Below, one piece after another: positions 60,961 through 64,000 of a DNA stretch of 64,000 bases. The stretch is from NCBI GenBank assembly GCA_010909165.1, contig VJWM01000134.1, positions 186,001-250,000 of the forward strand, written 5' to 3'. The notes under the pieces were generated by a model. The model was not told where the DNA came from. It did not search any database and saw nothing but the letters and a program-made list of their open reading frames with translations. The position numbers and the translations under genes are program-made. The DNA is from Anthoceros angustus (Eukaryota > Plantae > Anthocerotophyta). Position 1 is the first letter of the stretch. Each line of letters begins with the position of its first letter.

Positions 60961-62303
60961 CCTCCTCTGTCTTCTTCAAAATAAATATTTAGCGCCTCAA
61001 GAGTAATTCAACCATGGACTGTTGGTCTAGTGTTTGGGAAATAAGTGTAGTAACGAATAGGTTTGTGTTCAAACCTCGTGCCTCCTCAAGTTCAATTTTG
61101 TTGATTTTAAGGATGCTTGCATGGGCGCATGGGCAACTAACTTTGTTCATTTTAAGGACGTTGGCATTGCCTTAAAGCCCAAGTGGTTGCATTGAGTGCG
61201 GAAGGTTGAAGACCACGGTGGCGACCTTTTGGATGAGGGTCGAGACCCTAGATCTTTGTCTGGCGATCGACCGGCCAGGCCCAAGAATGATACTATTGAA
61301 GGCGAGCAAGCAATGGAGAGAGCGACAACTTGAGGCGGAGGATATGGACCGCCTCGAATATGGCGGTGGTACTTGGCTCGGTTTGCAAGGCATGGATGAG
61401 TCGCCAGCCGCACTCTTGAATGGCTATTGTCGATCTTGATGACCACTTCCTCCTTGAGTTGTTTGTTGCAATGTTCTCACGACCACTTAAATGAGACTCC
61501 GCTAGTACTGATTGTTTTCATTGTGTTCCACCACTTGAAAGTAAAAGTTTTCGGTTGTAATAAACATATGAAAATGGCAGCCCTCTATGCATTGCATTAC
61601 TAAAGCATAAGCGGGCCCACACCCTCATGCTCCCGGTTCGGTGTAGACTTGAAAGTGCATCTTTTATCAAAGATATGACCTCAGAGAGGGTGTGTGCATT
61701 ATCAAAGTAGGGCACATATGCTGTTCTAGGTAAGGTGTTCTTCGTGACAAGGGGGTGCTGTCTCGGCCGAAGGGGGTCAGTATATCCCCCCCTTCAAAAA
61801 TTATCGTGTTCCTGGTTTTAATTTCCCTCCTTGCTTCCAGATGCATTGGATTTGCCAAATTGGGAGACGATGAGTGTGCAGACCAAGGTCCAATCTCAAC
61901 TGATGTTAGAGCTTGCAAGGTTATCCGATGAAGAAGCCCGCTTTCACAAAGAAAGGCACCGGAGGAGCATTCCAAGTTGACTAGCGCTTCTTTGGGCTGA
62001 GCTTATTTGTGCACAACTGGATGGCGACCAAGCAAAGAACGAACAGTTTTGCTCACCTCTTGACTTTCCGGCACTCACTTGTTGTTGCGAGGTCTAACCT
62101 TCAAGGTAATTTCGGTTCCACAGGCGTGCAGCGTTGAAGGGCTACTGCAGGCGCGAAGCTGCCCTCATAGCCAATAGGGAAAACCAAGAGCTTGAACAAC
62201 GATGTCAATCGGCCAAGGCGACGATGCTTTCAACGCATACATGCAATGAGGAAGATGGATGGCTCAATTCCACGATGGATTCCGGTCCTAGCCACTCCAA
62301 GTC

Positions 62304-62501
62304 TTGCGCGCCCTGCAGGGTTGCAGGTTTGCGTTTGTACGGTGGTTCTCATGTAATGAGGCGGTCTTCTTGCCATGCGGGCATTGCTTCCACGATGCTT
62401 GTTTGTTCCAAGCGTTACGAGGCCTCCGTGTCCACGCCCTCACGGGGTGCAACCTTGATGTGCACCCAAGATGGATTAAATCAGAGGGTGGCCTTTTATA
62501 A
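62304..62501 (+). pseudogene. Degenerate RING-finger-like fragment
   Basis: AVFLPCGHCFHDAC matches the central RING-H2 motif. The flanking Cys pairs are not in frame. Confidence 0.35.
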
Positions 62502-64000
62502 GTACCATGCCCAATGACTCATGGCATATAGATGAAGAAGAGGACGGGCGGTAGAATACATTGAACTTCTCGGGGACTACGAAAGCATGGATGCACGTTT
62601 GCCGGAGGGTTGGGAAACACTCCATTGCCACGACAAAGTGAGAACACGTGAGCAGAAGAACATGCTAGAGTCACCGGTCACGCATTGAACCTTGGACCCT
62701 TTTTTTTTGTGTCTGCTTATCCTTCTCGGAGTGTTGCTTGCTTTGTTGTGTAGGCACATATAGGCTTGCTTGTCTCCATTTCTTTACACTTGAAGATACC
62801 CATGTCAACATACGCCACCACATGCTCGACTACCTATTCCGATGAGAACACCATTTGTACGCTGGATGCGACTCACGGTTGCAACTGTTCCAATGACAAC
62901 CTTTGGCAAGGATGATTGTGGTGCGGTGTCCACTGTGTTGGAAAGCACAAAGCGGTGCATTGTTCGGGCATCCTGCATCAATTTGAAGATGGATACCTTC
63001 AACTGTGTTGCGCTGGAGCAACAGGTAAAGCAACTTTGGTTGAAGAACCCGCTCTTCCACAGTTTGTGCACAATGGTGAGATCAACATGCACGGAGCCAT
63101 TGCGGGCGGTTAAGCCTTTCACTCCAACGGAGGGTTTTGTCTTATTGATTGTGCAGCAAGAGTGGAGCTTGAAGGGAAGCCCTACGGATGTGGAATTTGA
63201 CACCTCGAAAGTGCGCATTGTGTAGTTGTGAAGGAGAAAAACACGAAGTACCCATGGCACTCTGCCATGAGATGGGAGTTATTCAAGCGGATGTTGCAGC
63301 CCCTAGGCCACATGTGGATGCACGAGCCGATCGGCGTGCACAGAGTGGACATGGGGATATGTGTGCCGGTGGACACTCGACAAGTGGTCACTTCTGCACT
63401 AATGGCACTTTGCCATGACCAGCGCCACGAACGTGGTGGGTTCGTGCTCGTGGCACTTTGCCGTGACCGAGGATGCCACTAAGATCGACGTGGTCACCCC
63501 GTGCTTCATGCCAAGGTCATTGAGAAGGAGAAGTTGGTGACAGTGCACCAAGCTCGAGGAGGAGACCCAAAGCGGTTATGCCACAGTGTGGACGGTCGAT
63601 AAGGCATAATCCTATGGGTGTGCAGGAGCGAAGGCCTGGACCATTGAAACGGAAGCCACTCTCAAAGCCTGCTAAGGGAGGGCGTGGAAAAAAGAAGGTC
63701 GTGGCAGTGGAGGATTTGCAGTGCCCTCCAGGTGTAGAACATGATGCGACATCGGATGTGGGGATAACTTCATGGTTCTTGCACTTCCAAATAACAAGGA
63801 GAAAGTTTTGTTCTATGTTCTCAAGTGCGTGTCGACATGGGAGCCCTTGCAAGAGGACTACACCTTTAAAGCATCCTTTAAAAATGCCATCTCGTGATAT
63901 CTACAGCAAAGATTACGTTCGCAAACTCTTCACGAAAAGGCTTCAACTTCTCAAATGTCCTTTGCCCAACATGGACGTCCGTGCTCGACAAAAGTGGAGA

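Noticed and set aside
61023-61075. A-box-like (TGGTCTAGTG) and B-box-like (GTTCAAACC) motifs suggesting a tRNA or SINE
   Set aside because: No cloverleaf, tail or target-site duplication is evident, and there is no second copy in the window.
62577-64000. ORFs at the window end
   Set aside because: No recognisable motifs. They are probably decayed TE or intergenic sequence.

Overview
Eukaryotic nuclear DNA with spliced genes, from a land plant. A non-seed lineage such as a bryophyte or lycophyte is likely, inferred from gene content and composition only. 1-10.9 kb is a retroelement mosaic: three copies of an uncharacterised single-ORF repeat, a decayed CRE-like (RT plus restriction-like endonuclease) non-LTR element, a prokaryote-type ParB-like plus beta-class N6A/N4C DNA methyltransferase gene, and the 3' end and LTR of a chromoviral Ty3/gypsy element. 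11-30 kb is gene-rich: a divergent PLATZ factor, a broken thaumatin-like gene, an intact CLV1/BAM-type LRR receptor kinase, a U-box/SPRY protein with SPTSP repeats, a CIAF1-like LYR gene, and an RNase H1-like gene with two RNase H domains. 30-60.7 kb is a series of overlapping direct duplications joined at 3-10 bp microhomologies. They affect an alpha/beta-hydrolase, a CYP72-clan P450, hAT, MULE and MITE remnants and an unknown ORF. The copies differ mainly by homopolymer indels, so much of this stretch may be long-read assembly artefact rather than biology. The best lead is the ParB-methyltransferase gene lying with an RLE retrotransposon between two inverted repeat copies, although both of its catalytic motifs look degenerate in this copy. 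No CRISPR, rRNA or convincing tRNA gene was seen. All identities were judged by eye and no database search was run.
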